A DNA stretch of 64,000 nt from Spirochaetia bacterium (GCA_965203515.1 OZ241907.1:2784001-2848000); one strand, 5' to 3'; shown: positions 20,205-30,492, counted from the stretch's first letter. Notes: a model not told the origin generated them from the letters alone. A program made the numbers and translations.

Positions 20205-21515
20205 ATGCGTACGATCCGTTCCGTGCTGACCGGCCTGGCCCGTTCGCCGGTCAAGTCGTTCGTCACCCTGTCGACCGTGGGGCTGGGGGTGGGAGTGCTG
20301 ATCTTCGCGCTATCGATCAGCGGCGCCTTCAGCCGTCTGGTGTCCGATCAGCTCGAGCGGGGCGGTCTGGTGGTCATGGTGGCCAACGTCGAGCGGGACG
20401 AGGACGGCGCGCTGCAGCAGGTGCGGCCTCCGCAGTTCGACGGCAACGCCATCGACGCGCTGCGCACCGGCGTCTCCGGGGCGGTGGCCGCCAGCCCGGT
20501 CGCGTTCACGCCGTGGACGGAGTTCGTGGTCGCCGGCGCCAACTACCGATTCCGCAGCGTGGTCGGCGTGAACGAGGACTACCTGGACGTGATGGGGCTC
20601 GAGGTCGTCGCCGGCTCGGCCTTCACCGCGGCCGACATAGCCGAAGGCGTTCGCGCGGCGATGCTGTCCGAGACGATGGCCGAGGTGCTGTTCGGATCGC
20701 CGCTGGAGGCGCTCGGTCAGGTCATCCGGCCGCCCGCGTCGAGGCAAGGGGTGGGAGGCGGCGGCGGCGGATTCGGCCGAAACTTCACGCCGCCCACCTA
20801 TACGGTACGCGGGGTCTTCGGCGACCCGAGTGAGATTCAGCGCCGCGCCTACGGCGTGGGCGACATGATCGTGCCGATGACCTCGGCGTTTCCGAGCACC
20901 GTCAACGCCAGCCGGCTGGCCGGCGTCCTCAATTCACGCATCGCCCTGCGCGTCCGGGGCAGCGGCCTGGCGACCATCGAGAGTCAGGCGCGCGGCGCAG
21001 TCGCGCAGCAGTACGGCGACGGCGTGACGGTCGAGGTATGGGAAGGCCGGACGGACGGAGAGACGGCGGCGCTCGACGAGGCGCGCTCCACGGTGGCCAC
21101 CTTCTCGCTGGTGGTGAACCTGCTCGGCTTCGTGCTGCTGGTGACCGGCTGCATCGGCATCCTCAGCATCATGCTGGTAGAGGTGCTGGGCCGCACGCGC
21201 GAGATCGCCGTGGAACGGGCCGTCGGCGCGTCGCGGGGCATGATCGCGCGCGAGTTCTTCGCCCGCTCGCTGATCATGGTGGGCGCGGCGGCGGTGATCG
21301 GCGTGGCGCTGAGCCTGCTGCTGTCGGGGCCGCTCACGGAGCTGGTCGTGCCGATCTTTCGCGGCACCACGCAGGCCGAGCTCGGCGGCGCCGTGATCGA
21401 TCTTGCCGCGATCGCGATCGGCGTGGGCGCGGCGGTCGGCGCCGGCGGTCTGTTCGGAGTGCTGCCGGTCTTCTCCGCGTTGCGCGTGCCGATCGCCGAG
21501 GGCATGCGCGAGTAG
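20205..21515 (+). CDS. Second MacB/FtsX-type ABC permease
   Basis: SD AAGGAGGAG; GILSIMLVEVLGRTREIAVERAVGAS. Confidence 0.9.
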   Translation: MRTIRSVLTGLARSPVKSFVTLSTVGLGVGVLIFALSISGAFSRLVSDQLERGGLVVMVANVERDEDGALQQVRPPQFDGNAIDALRTGVSGAVAASPVAFTPWTEFVVAGANYRFRSVVGVNEDYLDVMGLEVVAGSAFTAADIAEGVRAAMLSETMAEVLFGSPLEALGQVIRPPASRQGVGGGGGGFGRNFTPPTYTVRGVFGDPSEIQRRAYGVGDMIVPMTSAFPSTVNASRLAGVLNSRIALRVRGSGLATIESQARGAVAQQYGDGVTVEVWEGRTDGETAALDEARSTVATFSLVVNLLGFVLLVTGCIGILSIMLVEVLGRTREIAVERAVGASRGMIAREFFARSLIMVGAAAVIGVALSLLLSGPLTELVVPIFRGTTQAELGGAVIDLAAIAIGVGAAVGAGGLFGVLPVFSALRVPIAEGMRE

Positions 21516-21525
21516 CGCCGGCGCC

Positions 21526-22023
21526 CTAGGCGCCGGACGGGCGCGGCATGCTCAGCGTCTGCCAGTCCGCTGCCCGCGTGCGCGCCAGGTCGACGATCTG
21601 ACCCACGTGGTACGACGTGTGGGTCACCGCGCGCAGCAGCGCCTGCAGCACGGTGTGGGGCTCCCCGCGGATGGTGATCGTGCGCTGCAGGTCGGCCGGT
21701 TCGAGTTCCGCGAGCGCTCGGTCCAGGCATTCCCAGCCGGCGCGCCACTTGGCCAGTACCGCGTCCTTGTCGGCGACGTCGTTGCGGAACTCGGAGTCGC
21801 GGTCGCGGTCCGGCTTCTCGCCGTCGGTGGTGAGGAGATCGGTGAAGCGTGAGCGCAGGTTGCCGCCAAGGTGGCGCATGAGCATCGATACGCTGTTGCC
21901 GCGTTCGTCCGGCCGCCAAGCCAGGTCCTGGGCCGGCATCTGCGCCAAGGCGCGCTCCGCCTGCTCGCGCGCCTTGGCGAACTCGGCGGTGACGAAGCGG
22001 ATGAAGTCGGTGGCGGTATCCAT
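21526..22023 (-). CDS. DinB superfamily protein (DUF1572-like)
   Basis: NSVSMLMRHLGGNLRSRFTD.LTTDGEKPDRDRDSEF, HTSYHVGQI. Confidence 0.88.
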   Translation of the reverse strand: MDTATDFIRFVTAEFAKAREQAERALAQMPAQDLAWRPDERGNSVSMLMRHLGGNLRSRFTDLLTTDGEKPDRDRDSEFRNDVADKDAVLAKWRAGWECLDRALAELEPADLQRTITIRGEPHTVLQALLRAVTHTSYHVGQIVDLARTRAADWQTLSMPRPSGA

Positions 22024-22070
22024 GGGCCGGTATGGTGACACGTCCGGCGCGCGCGTCGCCAACCGGACGG

Positions 22071-22829
22071 TCAGCGGCGCACGCGGCGCATGAACTCCGC
22101 GGCGCCCGCCTGCAGCCACGCCTGCGCGCCGGTCAGCACGAACCGGGCGCCCTTGTCGACGCAGGAGGCGACGTCGTCGGTGGAGGTGAGGGCGCCGGCG
22201 ACTCGGCCCGCCGCCGCGATGCGGCGGATCGAGTCGTCGATCTTCGCCTGCACGTCCGGGTGCCCGTGGTTGCCGACGTGGCCCATCGAGGCTGCGAAGT
22301 CGGAGGGCGCCACGAAGAATACGTCGATATGGTCGACTTCCAGGATCTCGTCCAGGTTGCGGTAGGCGGCGATGTCCTCGATCAGGACGATCAGGCAGGT
22401 CTCGTCGTTGCCGCGTTCGGTGTGACCGGCGACGCCGTGGTACTGGCGGCCGGTGTACATGCCGCGGGCGCCGGCCGGCGCGAACTTGCCGCCACGCACC
22501 ACGTTCTCCGCCTCGGCGCGCGTATTGACGTGCGGGACGGCGATCGACTGGGCGCCGCGGTCCAGGGTGCGGTAGATCAGACCCTGGTGGTTGTCGTTGA
22601 CGCGGACCACGGAGGTCAGGCTCCAGAGGTCGCAGGCGCGCGTCAGGTTGCCCAGGTCGGCGGCGTCGACCGGCCCGTGCTCGCCTTCCAGCCAGATGCC
22701 GTCGATCCCCGTTGCCTCGGCGATCGGCCCGAACGCGTCGATGTCGTCCGCGCCGTTGATGCCGGACACCACGGCGGCGACCTCTCCGGCGGCCAGCTTG
22801 TGCTTGATGCGGTTCTTGCGCAGTTCCAT
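22071..22829 (-). CDS. HpcH/HpaI aldolase family protein
   Basis: WLEGEHG, LDRGAQSIAVPHV, VLIED, VFFVAPSD. Confidence 0.9.
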   Translation of the reverse strand: MELRKNRIKHKLAAGEVAAVVSGINGADDIDAFGPIAEATGIDGIWLEGEHGPVDAADLGNLTRACDLWSLTSVVRVNDNHQGLIYRTLDRGAQSIAVPHVNTRAEAENVVRGGKFAPAGARGMYTGRQYHGVAGHTERGNDETCLIVLIEDIAAYRNLDEILEVDHIDVFFVAPSDFAASMGHVGNHGHPDVQAKIDDSIRRIAAAGRVAGALTSTDDVASCVDKGARFVLTGAQAWLQAGAAEFMRRVRR

Positions 22830-22878
22830 GCCGCGACCGTAGCACGCCGGGCCGGGGCGCGGGCGCGGCGGTCGGTCC

Positions 22879-24060
22879 TCAGTCGGGGGTGAAATCGTGC
22901 GCGGAGGTGGTCTTGCGTTCGATGAAGTCCCAGTCGTAGCGGACGCCCAGACCGGGGTCGTCGGGGACCGGCACGCAGCCGTCGGCGCCCACCGCGTCGG
23001 GCTGGTCGCTGTACCGGTCGTACACGGGCGGGATCACGTTGGGCATGCCGGGCCCCATCAACGCCAGCTCGTACAGGTGGGTGTTGCGCAGCGCCGAGAT
23101 CACTGCGCGGTGGGCGGGCCCGCAGGCGTGCACCTGCAGGTCGAGGCCGAACGCTTCGCTGAGGTGGGCGATCTTCATGACGCCGGTGATGCCCAGGTCG
23201 TATTCGGGATCGGCGTGGATCATGTCGCAGCCGCCGGCGATCAGGAACGCCGCCTTCTGCTCCAGCGTGCGCACGTGCTCGGTGATCAGCAGCGGCGTGG
23301 ACAGCCGTTCGCGCAAACGGCGGTGCGCCTCGGCGGCGATGCCGGCGTCGCGGTACGGGTCTTCGTACCAGAAGCAGCCGACCTCGTCGCAGACGCGGCC
23401 GACCGCCAGCGCGTCGTTCCAGGTGCGGAGCTGGCAGGCGGGGTCGAGCATGAGGCGGAAGCGGTCGCCGACGCGGGCGCGGACGGCGCGCAGGTTCTCG
23501 ATCTCGCGCGTCACGTCGCCGTCGTTCCAGCCGTGGATCTTGAAGCCGGCGAAGCCGGCCGCCCGGCATTCGGCGGCGAAGTCCGCGAACGCCTGTGGGG
23601 AGTTCAATCCGCCGGGTCCGAGCTGGCCGTGGTAGGTGCTGGCGTAGGTCGGCAGCCGCTCGCGGAAGCCGCCCAGCAGCCGCGACACGGAGGTGCCCAG
23701 CCGCTTGCCGGCCAAGTCCCAGAGGGCGATGTCCAGCGCGCCGTGCCCCATGTGGTCATAGGCGCGCAGCTCGCGCTTCAGGTCGTCGTAGATACGCTCA
23801 CGCCGGTCCGGGTCGCGCCCGAGCAGCAGCGGCGCCAGCATCGCCGCCTGCGCCAGCGACGCCGGCGTACCGACCCAGTGCGTGACGTACTCCCCGCTGG
23901 CGCCGTCGTCGCAAGAGACGCGTACCGCGAAGCGGTGGGCGGTGAGGGCGGCGCCCTTGACGTACGCCATGTTGCCCACGCCGGCGGCGGCCTGCTCCAA
24001 CCCGATGTCGGCGACCTCGAAGGAGAACTCGCGAATCTGCACGCGATCGATCCGGCTCAT
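22879..24060 (-). CDS. Mandelate racemase family (enolase superfamily) protein
   Basis: LDIALWDLAGK, FKIH, LMLDP, WYEDP, ITEH, PGLGV. Confidence 0.9.
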   Translation of the reverse strand: MSRIDRVQIREFSFEVADIGLEQAAAGVGNMAYVKGAALTAHRFAVRVSCDDGASGEYVTHWVGTPASLAQAAMLAPLLLGRDPDRRERIYDDLKRELRAYDHMGHGALDIALWDLAGKRLGTSVSRLLGGFRERLPTYASTYHGQLGPGGLNSPQAFADFAAECRAAGFAGFKIHGWNDGDVTREIENLRAVRARVGDRFRLMLDPACQLRTWNDALAVGRVCDEVGCFWYEDPYRDAGIAAEAHRRLRERLSTPLLITEHVRTLEQKAAFLIAGGCDMIHADPEYDLGITGVMKIAHLSEAFGLDLQVHACGPAHRAVISALRNTHLYELALMGPGMPNVIPPVYDRYSDQPDAVGADGCVPVPDDPGLGVRYDWDFIERKTTSAHDFTPD

Positions 24061-24160
24061 CCTCACCCAGGATGCCCCGTCGACTCGGCCGGGTAAAGCC
24101 CGCGCGGTTGACCGAGAGGCTCCCCGAGGGGATTGTGTCGCTGCCGCGCTTGGCGTTCCT

Positions 24161-24808
24161 ATGCCGGTTCCTTCTCGCCCCAAGCTCTACCACATCACGC
24201 ACGGCGCCAATCTGCGGGCGATCATCGACTCCGGAGGTCTGCTCGCTGACAGCGAAGCGGTTCAAGGCAGACCGCCGAAGAGGATCGGCATGGCCGATGT
24301 GGTTGCCCGGCGCAAGCTGCTGCCTGTCCCCTGCCATCCGGCCACCCGGATCGGCGACTACGTGCCATTCTACTTCTGCCCGCGCTCGGTAATGCTCTAC
24401 GTGATCTTTCGTCGCAACCATCCAGGTCTCACCTACACCTCGGGGCAGGTCCCGATCGTGCACCTGGAAGCTGACCTGCATACCGTCGTGGAATGGGCTG
24501 ATGGCCAACGCGTGCCCTGGGCCTTCACGCTGTCGAACGCCGCCAAGAGCGAGGCGGAGTTCCGTCGCCGCCTTGACGATCTGAGTGACGTGAACTGGGA
24601 CGCGGTGAAGGCAAGTGATTGGAATGGCCCCTTGAAGGAGCCCAAGCAGGCGGAGTTCCTGGTGCACCGACGCCTACCTTGGTCGCTGATCGAGCGGATC
24701 GGGGTAATGGACGAGCGCGTGGCGCGCCGGGTGCTCCAGGTCACCGCCGGCGCAGCCGTTCGTGTTGAAGTGCGCGGCGCGTGGTACTATCGAGATGGAG
24801 CCCGGTAA
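24161..24808 (+). CDS. darT: DarT ssDNA ADP-ribosyltransferase toxin (DUF4433)
   Basis: LYHITH..NL..I, DYVPFYFCPRSVMLY, FTLSNAA, KQAEFLV (catalytic Glu), WYY. Confidence 0.92.
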   Translation: MPVPSRPKLYHITHGANLRAIIDSGGLLADSEAVQGRPPKRIGMADVVARRKLLPVPCHPATRIGDYVPFYFCPRSVMLYVIFRRNHPGLTYTSGQVPIVHLEADLHTVVEWADGQRVPWAFTLSNAAKSEAEFRRRLDDLSDVNWDAVKASDWNGPLKEPKQAEFLVHRRLPWSLIERIGVMDERVARRVLQVTAGAAVRVEVRGAWYYRDGAR

Positions 24809-24810
24809 GG

Positions 24811-25857
24811 ATGATCAAGTACGTAACGGGCGACCTGTTGGCGGCGGAGTGCGAGGCGTTGGTCAACAGCGTCAACTGCGTCGGCGTCATGGGCCGCGGC
24901 GTCGCGCTCGCGTTCAAGCGCCGGTTCCCCGCCAACTTCAAGGCGTACAAGGCTGCCTGCGACTGGGGCGAACTCGAGCCCGGCCGGATGTTCGTGTTCG
25001 AGACCGACGAGCTGATGCCGCGCTACGTCATCAACTTCCCGACCAAGCGGCACTGGCGCGGCCCGAGCCGCCTCGGCGACATCGAGTTCGGGTTGTCAGC
25101 GCTGGTGACCGAGATCGAGCGGCGCGGAATTCGCTCGATCGCCCTGCCGCCGCTTGGGTGCGGGCTGGGCCGTCTCGACTGGAAGGACGTGAAACCGCGC
25201 ATCCATGGGGCGCTCGCGGGCCTGTCCAACCTGGATACGCTGGTGTTCGAGCCGCATTCGTCCCCGGCGCCGGAGGGCGTGCTTCCCGAGATCAAGCGCC
25301 CGCCCATGACGGCGGGCCGGGCGGCGCTGCTGGGTCTGATGCGCCGCTACTTGACAGGCCTGGCGGAACCGTTCGTGACGCTGCTCGAAGTGCACAAGCT
25401 GCTCTACTTCATGCAGGAGGCCGGCGAGCCGCTCCGGCTGCGCTACGTCAAGGCGCCCTACGGCCCGTATGCCGAGAATCTGCGTCACGTCCTGCGGGCT
25501 CTCGAAGGACACTTTATTACCGGCGGCGGCTCGGAAGGCGACCGGACGGACCAGCCGCTGCATCTGATCCCCGGGGCGATCAGGGAGGCTGAGGCATTTC
25601 TGGATCGCGACCCGGCGGCTCGTTCGCGGTTCGATCGAGTCGTCGAACTGGTAGCGGGCTTCGAATCGCCGTCCGGCCTCGAACTGCTGGCCACCGTGCA
25701 CTGGGTCATCGACGAGATCGGCTCCGATAACGTGACGGACGTGATCCGCGCAACGTACGATTGGAGCCACCACAAGAAGCAGTTCACCTCACGGCAGATC
25801 AAGGTGGCGCGTGACACGCTGCGCGAACGCGGCTGGCTGGCGGAAGGGAAGTCCTGA
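24811..25857 (+). CDS. darG: DarG macrodomain antitoxin (DNA ADP-ribosyl glycohydrolase)
   Basis: GDLL, ALVNSVNCVGVMGRGVA, INFPTKRHWR, SIALPPLGCGLG, HKLLYFMQ, YGPYA, LELLATVHW. Confidence 0.93.
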   Translation: MIKYVTGDLLAAECEALVNSVNCVGVMGRGVALAFKRRFPANFKAYKAACDWGELEPGRMFVFETDELMPRYVINFPTKRHWRGPSRLGDIEFGLSALVTEIERRGIRSIALPPLGCGLGRLDWKDVKPRIHGALAGLSNLDTLVFEPHSSPAPEGVLPEIKRPPMTAGRAALLGLMRRYLTGLAEPFVTLLEVHKLLYFMQEAGEPLRLRYVKAPYGPYAENLRHVLRALEGHFITGGGSEGDRTDQPLHLIPGAIREAEAFLDRDPAARSRFDRVVELVAGFESPSGLELLATVHWVIDEIGSDNVTDVIRATYDWSHHKKQFTSRQIKVARDTLRERGWLAEGKS

Positions 25858-25890
25858 CTCGTCGCTGAGCCATCGACGTATGCCTGATCC

Positions 25891-26879
25891 GGCTTCGACG
25901 ACGACGTGCGCCTGGAGTACTACCGCCTGCAGAAGATCAGCGAGGGCTCGATCGCGCTCGGCTCGGCTGCCGGGCAAGCCCTGGATGGGCCGACCGAGGT
26001 CGGCAGCGGCGCCGCCCGCGAGCAGGAGGTCCCGCTGTCGCGGCTCATCGATATCGTCAACGAACGGTTCGGTACCGACTTCATCGAGGCCGACCAGCTC
26101 TGCTTCGATCAGCTCGTCGCGGCGGCCGCCGCCGATGACGAGCTGCGGCAGACCGCGGCGGTCAATCCCGCAAGTTCGAGCTGGTGTTCCGCAGCCTGAT
26201 CGACCGCCTGTTCGTGGAGCGGATGGACCAGAACGAGGAGATCTTCGTCCGCTACATGAACGATGCGCCCTTCAGGCAGGTCGTGAGCGAATGGCTGGCC
26301 GCGCAGGCCTACCGGCGGCTCCGGGAGGTTCGGGCCGAAGCGGAAGCGGAGCCGGCGGAGCCCGAACGCTTGCGGATCGTCGCCGGCCGGCCCGAGGAAC
26401 GCTACGTTACTTGCGTGCCCCTGGTCCCCCTGGCGGTGGCCGCCGGCGCGTTCGGCAATCCGCAGACCGTGGCCGCGGAGGATGCCTGGGAGTGGGTGGA
26501 GGTCGATACCGCGCGCCGGCTGCGGCCGGGCATGTTCGTCGCGCAGGTCGCCGGCCGCTCCATGGAGCCGCTGATTCCCGACGGCGCGTATGCCCTGTTC
26601 CGTGCACCGGTGGAAGGCACGCGGCAGGGCAAGACCGTGCTGGTGCAGCTGCGCGGCGCCGTCGACCCGGAAACCGGCGCGCGCTACACGCTCAAGCGCT
26701 ACGCCGGCGAGCGGGTTGCGGACGGCGATTCCTGGCGCCACGCCAAGATCACGCTGCACCCGGTCAATCCCGAATTCGATCCCATCGTGCTCACCGCCGC
26801 GGACGCCGGCGAGCTGACCGTCGTCGCGGAGCTGGTGGAAGTGCTCACCGCCGCGGCCCCGGCGGCTGCACGCGGTTGA
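25891..26879 (+). pseudogene. 3' remnant of a type I restriction endonuclease R subunit (frameshift near 26170) with a C-terminal S24/LexA-like peptidase domain
   Basis: FDDDVRLEYYRLQKISEGSI...LIDIVNERFGTDF then, after a frame change, KFELVF...[19 protein letters not shown]24 motifs [28 protein letters not shown]; in-frame TGA at 25885. Confidence 0.8.
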
Positions 26880-27009
26880 CACCTGTGCCTCGACTGCCTC
26901 GACGATACCTGGTACGGCAAGAGGCGCCGGTACCGGCAGCGACGCGGGCCAGGGACGTTTCCCGATGAGACTGCTGCACTACCTGGAGATAGCCCGGAGA
27001 GGCCTGCAG

Positions 27010-27048
27010 CGGAGAGGAAGGCGGCGCCGACCGCCGTCTCCCTCTCCG
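27010..27048. terminator. Imperfect inverted repeat between convergent units
   Basis: CGGAGAGGAAGGCGGCG...CGCCGTCTCCCTCTCCG. Confidence 0.5.
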
Positions 27049-27056
27049 TAAGGCCG

Positions 27057-28646
27057 CTAGCGGCCGGCCCGGTACTGCCGGGTAATCTCGTCCAGCATCC
27101 GGTCGCCGCCGGCGTTGCGCCAGGAGGACACGTAGCCGTCCCAGGCCGCGTCGATGTCGATCTCGCCGGCGATCGCCTTGAAGAAGAACTCGTCCTCCAC
27201 CGCCTTCACGTCCGCCGACAGCACCTGAAACTCCTCGTCCAGCGTCGGCAGAAACCCGAAGTCCAGGGCGGTCTGGTTCTGCACCAGGTAGTTGTTGACC
27301 GGATAGCGCCAGGTGTTGCCGCCCATGTACAGGAACTCCACGCTGGTCGGGACCGCGGTGAGCCGGAAGTACGTGGCGCCGGACTTCATCAGCGACGCCG
27401 GCGAAGTCCAGCCTTCGGCGCGAATCGGGCTGCCGCCTTCATCGTAGTCCCAGTGGGTGCCCCTGATGCCGTAGAACGCCGTCGCGTACACCTCCGTGTT
27501 GTTGTACAGCTCATCCAGTATCTCCAGGATCTTGGCCAGCTTCTCGTCGGACACATCGACGCCGACCGATGACGGGCTCCACACCGCGCTGCGCGAATAG
27601 GTGCCGCGCTGGCCGGACGGCCCCGCCGGCGACACCGCGATCACCGGCTCCACGTCCGGATTGTTCGCCTTGAGCATCCCCCACGCCTGGCTGGTCGATG
27701 GACTGGTGAGTTGCGCGGACCACGACTCGAATGCCCCGATCAGTCCGTTGCCGAACTTCTGGCGCATTTCGGCGCTGTCCGCCACGACGAACTCGGGATG
27801 GATGATCTCCCGCTCATACCATGAGTTGAGAAACTGCAACGCGTCCCGGTAGGCGGTCCTGATCTGCGAGTACTCCAGGTCGTCACCCCGTTCCTCCCAG
27901 GTATTGAGGCGAACGCCGAAGGCTCCCAGTATGTTCGGAAAGAACATCGCGCGGTCGCCGATCGAGCCGCCGCCCTGATACGGCATCAACCCGAACGTGT
28001 CGCGGCGGCCGTTGTCGTCCGGGTCTTCGTTGCGGAACTTGAGGAAGATCTCTTCCAGCTCCGCCAACGAGTCGGGGCCCTCGTGGAAGTAGGTGCCGGC
28101 CACCGGCCGGGTCTCATACCCGATGGCGTCCAGCCAGTCCTTGCGGATCACCATGCCGGGGCCGGCCGCGGCGATCGACAGCACCGCGGGAATCCCCATG
28201 TTCCTGCCGTTCACCATGGTGCGGTGGTACAGAATGTCGCCGCCGAGCTCGAACGCCTGCTGCATGTAGCGGGGCATGTGTTGCAGCAGCATCTCCTCCG
28301 GCACTTCCCGCACGGCGCCGATCTGCACCAGGTCCTCGCGCCAGCGGACGTTGAAATCGGGTATGTCGCCGGACGCGATCCGCACCCGCCACTGATCCTC
28401 CTGACCGTGGGAGATCTCGTAACCCCACGGCTCGATCTCCACGTCGAAGAGCTCTTCCAGGTAGAGCTCGACCGGCGTGTCGCGGTCCAGCAGTTCGCCG
28501 CCCGCGTTGACCCCCAGCCAGGAGATCGACATCCGCTCCTCCGCGGCGCCCTCCTCCGCCTGCGTTCCCGCCGCCCATACGCCCGGCGCGGCGACCAGGA
28601 CGGCCAGCGCGATCGCCAGCCCCCAAGTTGATCTGCGTACTCTCAT
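27057..28646 (-). CDS. Carbohydrate ABC transporter extracellular solute-binding protein
   Basis: Signal peptide then AAGTQAEE, IASGDIPD, IRKDWLD, EDPDDNGR, IDAAWDGYV; SD GGAGGA. Confidence 0.9.
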   Translation of the reverse strand: MRVRRSTWGLAIALAVLVAAPGVWAAGTQAEEGAAEERMSISWLGVNAGGELLDRDTPVELYLEELFDVEIEPWGYEISHGQEDQWRVRIASGDIPDFNVRWREDLVQIGAVREVPEEMLLQHMPRYMQQAFELGGDILYHRTMVNGRNMGIPAVLSIAAAGPGMVIRKDWLDAIGYETRPVAGTYFHEGPDSLAELEEIFLKFRNEDPDDNGRRDTFGLMPYQGGGSIGDRAMFFPNILGAFGVRLNTWEERGDDLEYSQIRTAYRDALQFLNSWYEREIIHPEFVVADSAEMRQKFGNGLIGAFESWSAQLTSPSTSQAWGMLKANNPDVEPVIAVSPAGPSGQRGTYSRSAVWSPSSVGVDVSDEKLAKILEILDELYNNTEVYATAFYGIRGTHWDYDEGGSPIRAEGWTSPASLMKSGATYFRLTAVPTSVEFLYMGGNTWRYPVNNYLVQNQTALDFGFLPTLDEEFQVLSADVKAVEDEFFFKAIAGEIDIDAAWDGYVSSWRNAGGDRMLDEITRQYRAGR

Positions 28647-28687
28647 GCACTCCTCCCGTGTGGTGTTCGCCGTTCGACCGGCGGCCT

Positions 28688-29572
28688 TCAACCCTTCAAG
28701 GACCCTACCATGATGCCCTTGACGAAGTATCGCTGAATGAACGGATAGGCGATGATGATCGGCCCGATGCTGACGAACATGGTCGCCGCCTTCACCGTGT
28801 CTTCGGTCAGCGCGGTCATGGCGGTCTCTTCCGAGGCGAGTTCCAGCCATTCGGCGGCCTGGTTCTCGATGAGGATGCGCCGCAACAGAAGCTGCAGCAC
28901 GATCAGATCGCGGCGTCCGGCGTAGATCATGGCGTCGAACCACTCGTTCCAGTGGTAGACCACGGACCACAGGCCGACGGTGGCGATCACCGGCAGCGAC
29001 AGCGGCGCGATGATCTGCGCCAGCAGGGTGAAGATGCCGGCGCCGTCGAGCACCGCGGACTCCTCCATCTCCGCCGGCAGCTCCTGGAAGAAGTTGCGCA
29101 TGATGATGATGTAGAACGCCGAGGCGAGATTCGGCAGGATGAGCACGACCCTGGTGTTGAGCAGGCCCAGGCTCTTGAACCAGAGGTAGGTCGGAATCAG
29201 GCCGCCGCCGAAGAACATCGTGAACAGGATCACCACGGTGATCGTCTTGCGGAACGGCAGCGTCATCTTGGCTATGCCGTAGGCCGCCAGCATGCAGATT
29301 ACCAGCGTCAGCGAGGTCCCGGAAAACGCGCGGATGACGGTGTTGAGGTAGCCGACGGCCACGCTGTCCTTGGAGAAGACTTCCCGGTACGACTGCAGGG
29401 TCACCTCCTCCGGGAACAGCTTGAGCCCCATCCTGATGGCCGCCGCCGGCGTGCTGAACGAATCGACCAGCATCTTCCAGAAGGGATAGATGATCGACAG
29501 GCACACCAGGATCAGGACCACCGGCACGACGTTGTCGATGGCCAGGTCTTCGGCGGTGCGCCGGCGTCTCAC
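28688..29572 (-). CDS. Carbohydrate ABC transporter permease
   Basis: FTMFFGGGLIPTY, EMEESAVLDGA, YPFIQRYFVKGIMVGSLKG. Confidence 0.95.
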   Translation of the reverse strand: MRRRRTAEDLAIDNVVPVVLILVCLSIIYPFWKMLVDSFSTPAAAIRMGLKLFPEEVTLQSYREVFSKDSVAVGYLNTVIRAFSGTSLTLVICMLAAYGIAKMTLPFRKTITVVILFTMFFGGGLIPTYLWFKSLGLLNTRVVLILPNLASAFYIIIMRNFFQELPAEMEESAVLDGAGIFTLLAQIIAPLSLPVIATVGLWSVVYHWNEWFDAMIYAGRRDLIVLQLLLRRILIENQAAEWLELASEETAMTALTEDTVKAATMFVSIGPIIIAYPFIQRYFVKGIMVGSLKG

Positions 29573-30492
29573 AGCACCGTTCCGCGCGCGCCGAGGCGTC
29601 TGATCACGTAGTTCACGATGAGCAGCAGCAGCAGCCCCAGGACGTTCTTGCTCACGCCGACCGCGGTGGTGTAGCTGAACTGAAAGTTCACCAGGCCCTG
29701 CCGATAGACGTAGGTGTCGATGATGTCTCCCACCGAATAGACGATGGGACTGTAGAGATTGAAGATCTGATCGAACCCGGCGTCGAAGGTCTCACCGATG
29801 CGGAGCAGGAACAGCACGACGATGACCGGCAGGATGGCCGGCAGCGTGACGTGGCGGATGCGCTGCACGCGCCCGGCGCCGTCGATCTGGGCCGCATCGT
29901 AGAGCTGCGGGTCGATACCGGCGATGGCCGCCAGATAGATGATCGATCCCCAGCCCACGGTCTTCCAGATGCCGGTCACCACGACCGCCAACAGAAAGAA
30001 GAACGGGTCTTTCATGAACACCACGCGCGGCCTGCCGAGCGCTTCCAGGACGTAGTTGACCGGTCCCTCGAACGCCAGGAACGAATGGAACAGGCCGCCG
30101 GCGACGACCCAGGAAATGAAGTGCGGCAGATAGCTGATGGTCTGAATCGATTTCTTCAGGCGCAGGTCGAACACCTCGTTGAGCATCAGCGCGAACAGGA
30201 TCGGCGCCGGGAACACCGTCGCCAACTTCAGCAGGCTGATCACGATCGTATTGCGAAACACCCGCAGGAAGTCGGCGCTCTGCAGCATGCGCTCGAAGTA
30301 CTTGAGGCCGGCCCACTCGCTGCCCCAGATGCCGCCGGTGATGGAGAAGTTCTTGAAGGCCAGCACGATGCCGGCCATCGGCACGTACTTGGCGACCGCC
30401 AGGCAGACCAGGGCGGGGAGGATGATCAGATAGTAGGCCCGGTGCCGATACATCTCCCGGAGCAGGCCGGGCCGCCCGGCGCCTCCGATCAC
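29569..30492 (-). CDS. Carbohydrate ABC transporter permease (LplB-like)
   Basis: QTISYLPHFISWVV, GWGSIIYLAAIAGID..LYDAAQIDGA, DIIDTYVY. Confidence 0.95.
   Translation of the reverse strand: MIGGAGRPGLLREMYRHRAYYLIILPALVCLAVAKYVPMAGIVLAFKNFSITGGIWGSEWAGLKYFERMLQSADFLRVFRNTIVISLLKLATVFPAPILFALMLNEVFDLRLKKSIQTISYLPHFISWVVAGGLFHSFLAFEGPVNYVLEALGRPRVVFMKDPFFFLLAVVVTGIWKTVGWGSIIYLAAIAGIDPQLYDAAQIDGAGRVQRIRHVTLPAILPVIVVLFLLRIGETFDAGFDQIFNLYSPIVYSVGDIIDTYVYRQGLVNFQFSYTTAVGVSKNVLGLLLLLIVNYVIRRLGARGTVL

Noticed and set aside
27057..29504. 815-aa fused solute-binding protein
   Set aside because: The upstream part is an alternative frame of the permease; the real start is 28646 with SD and signal peptide
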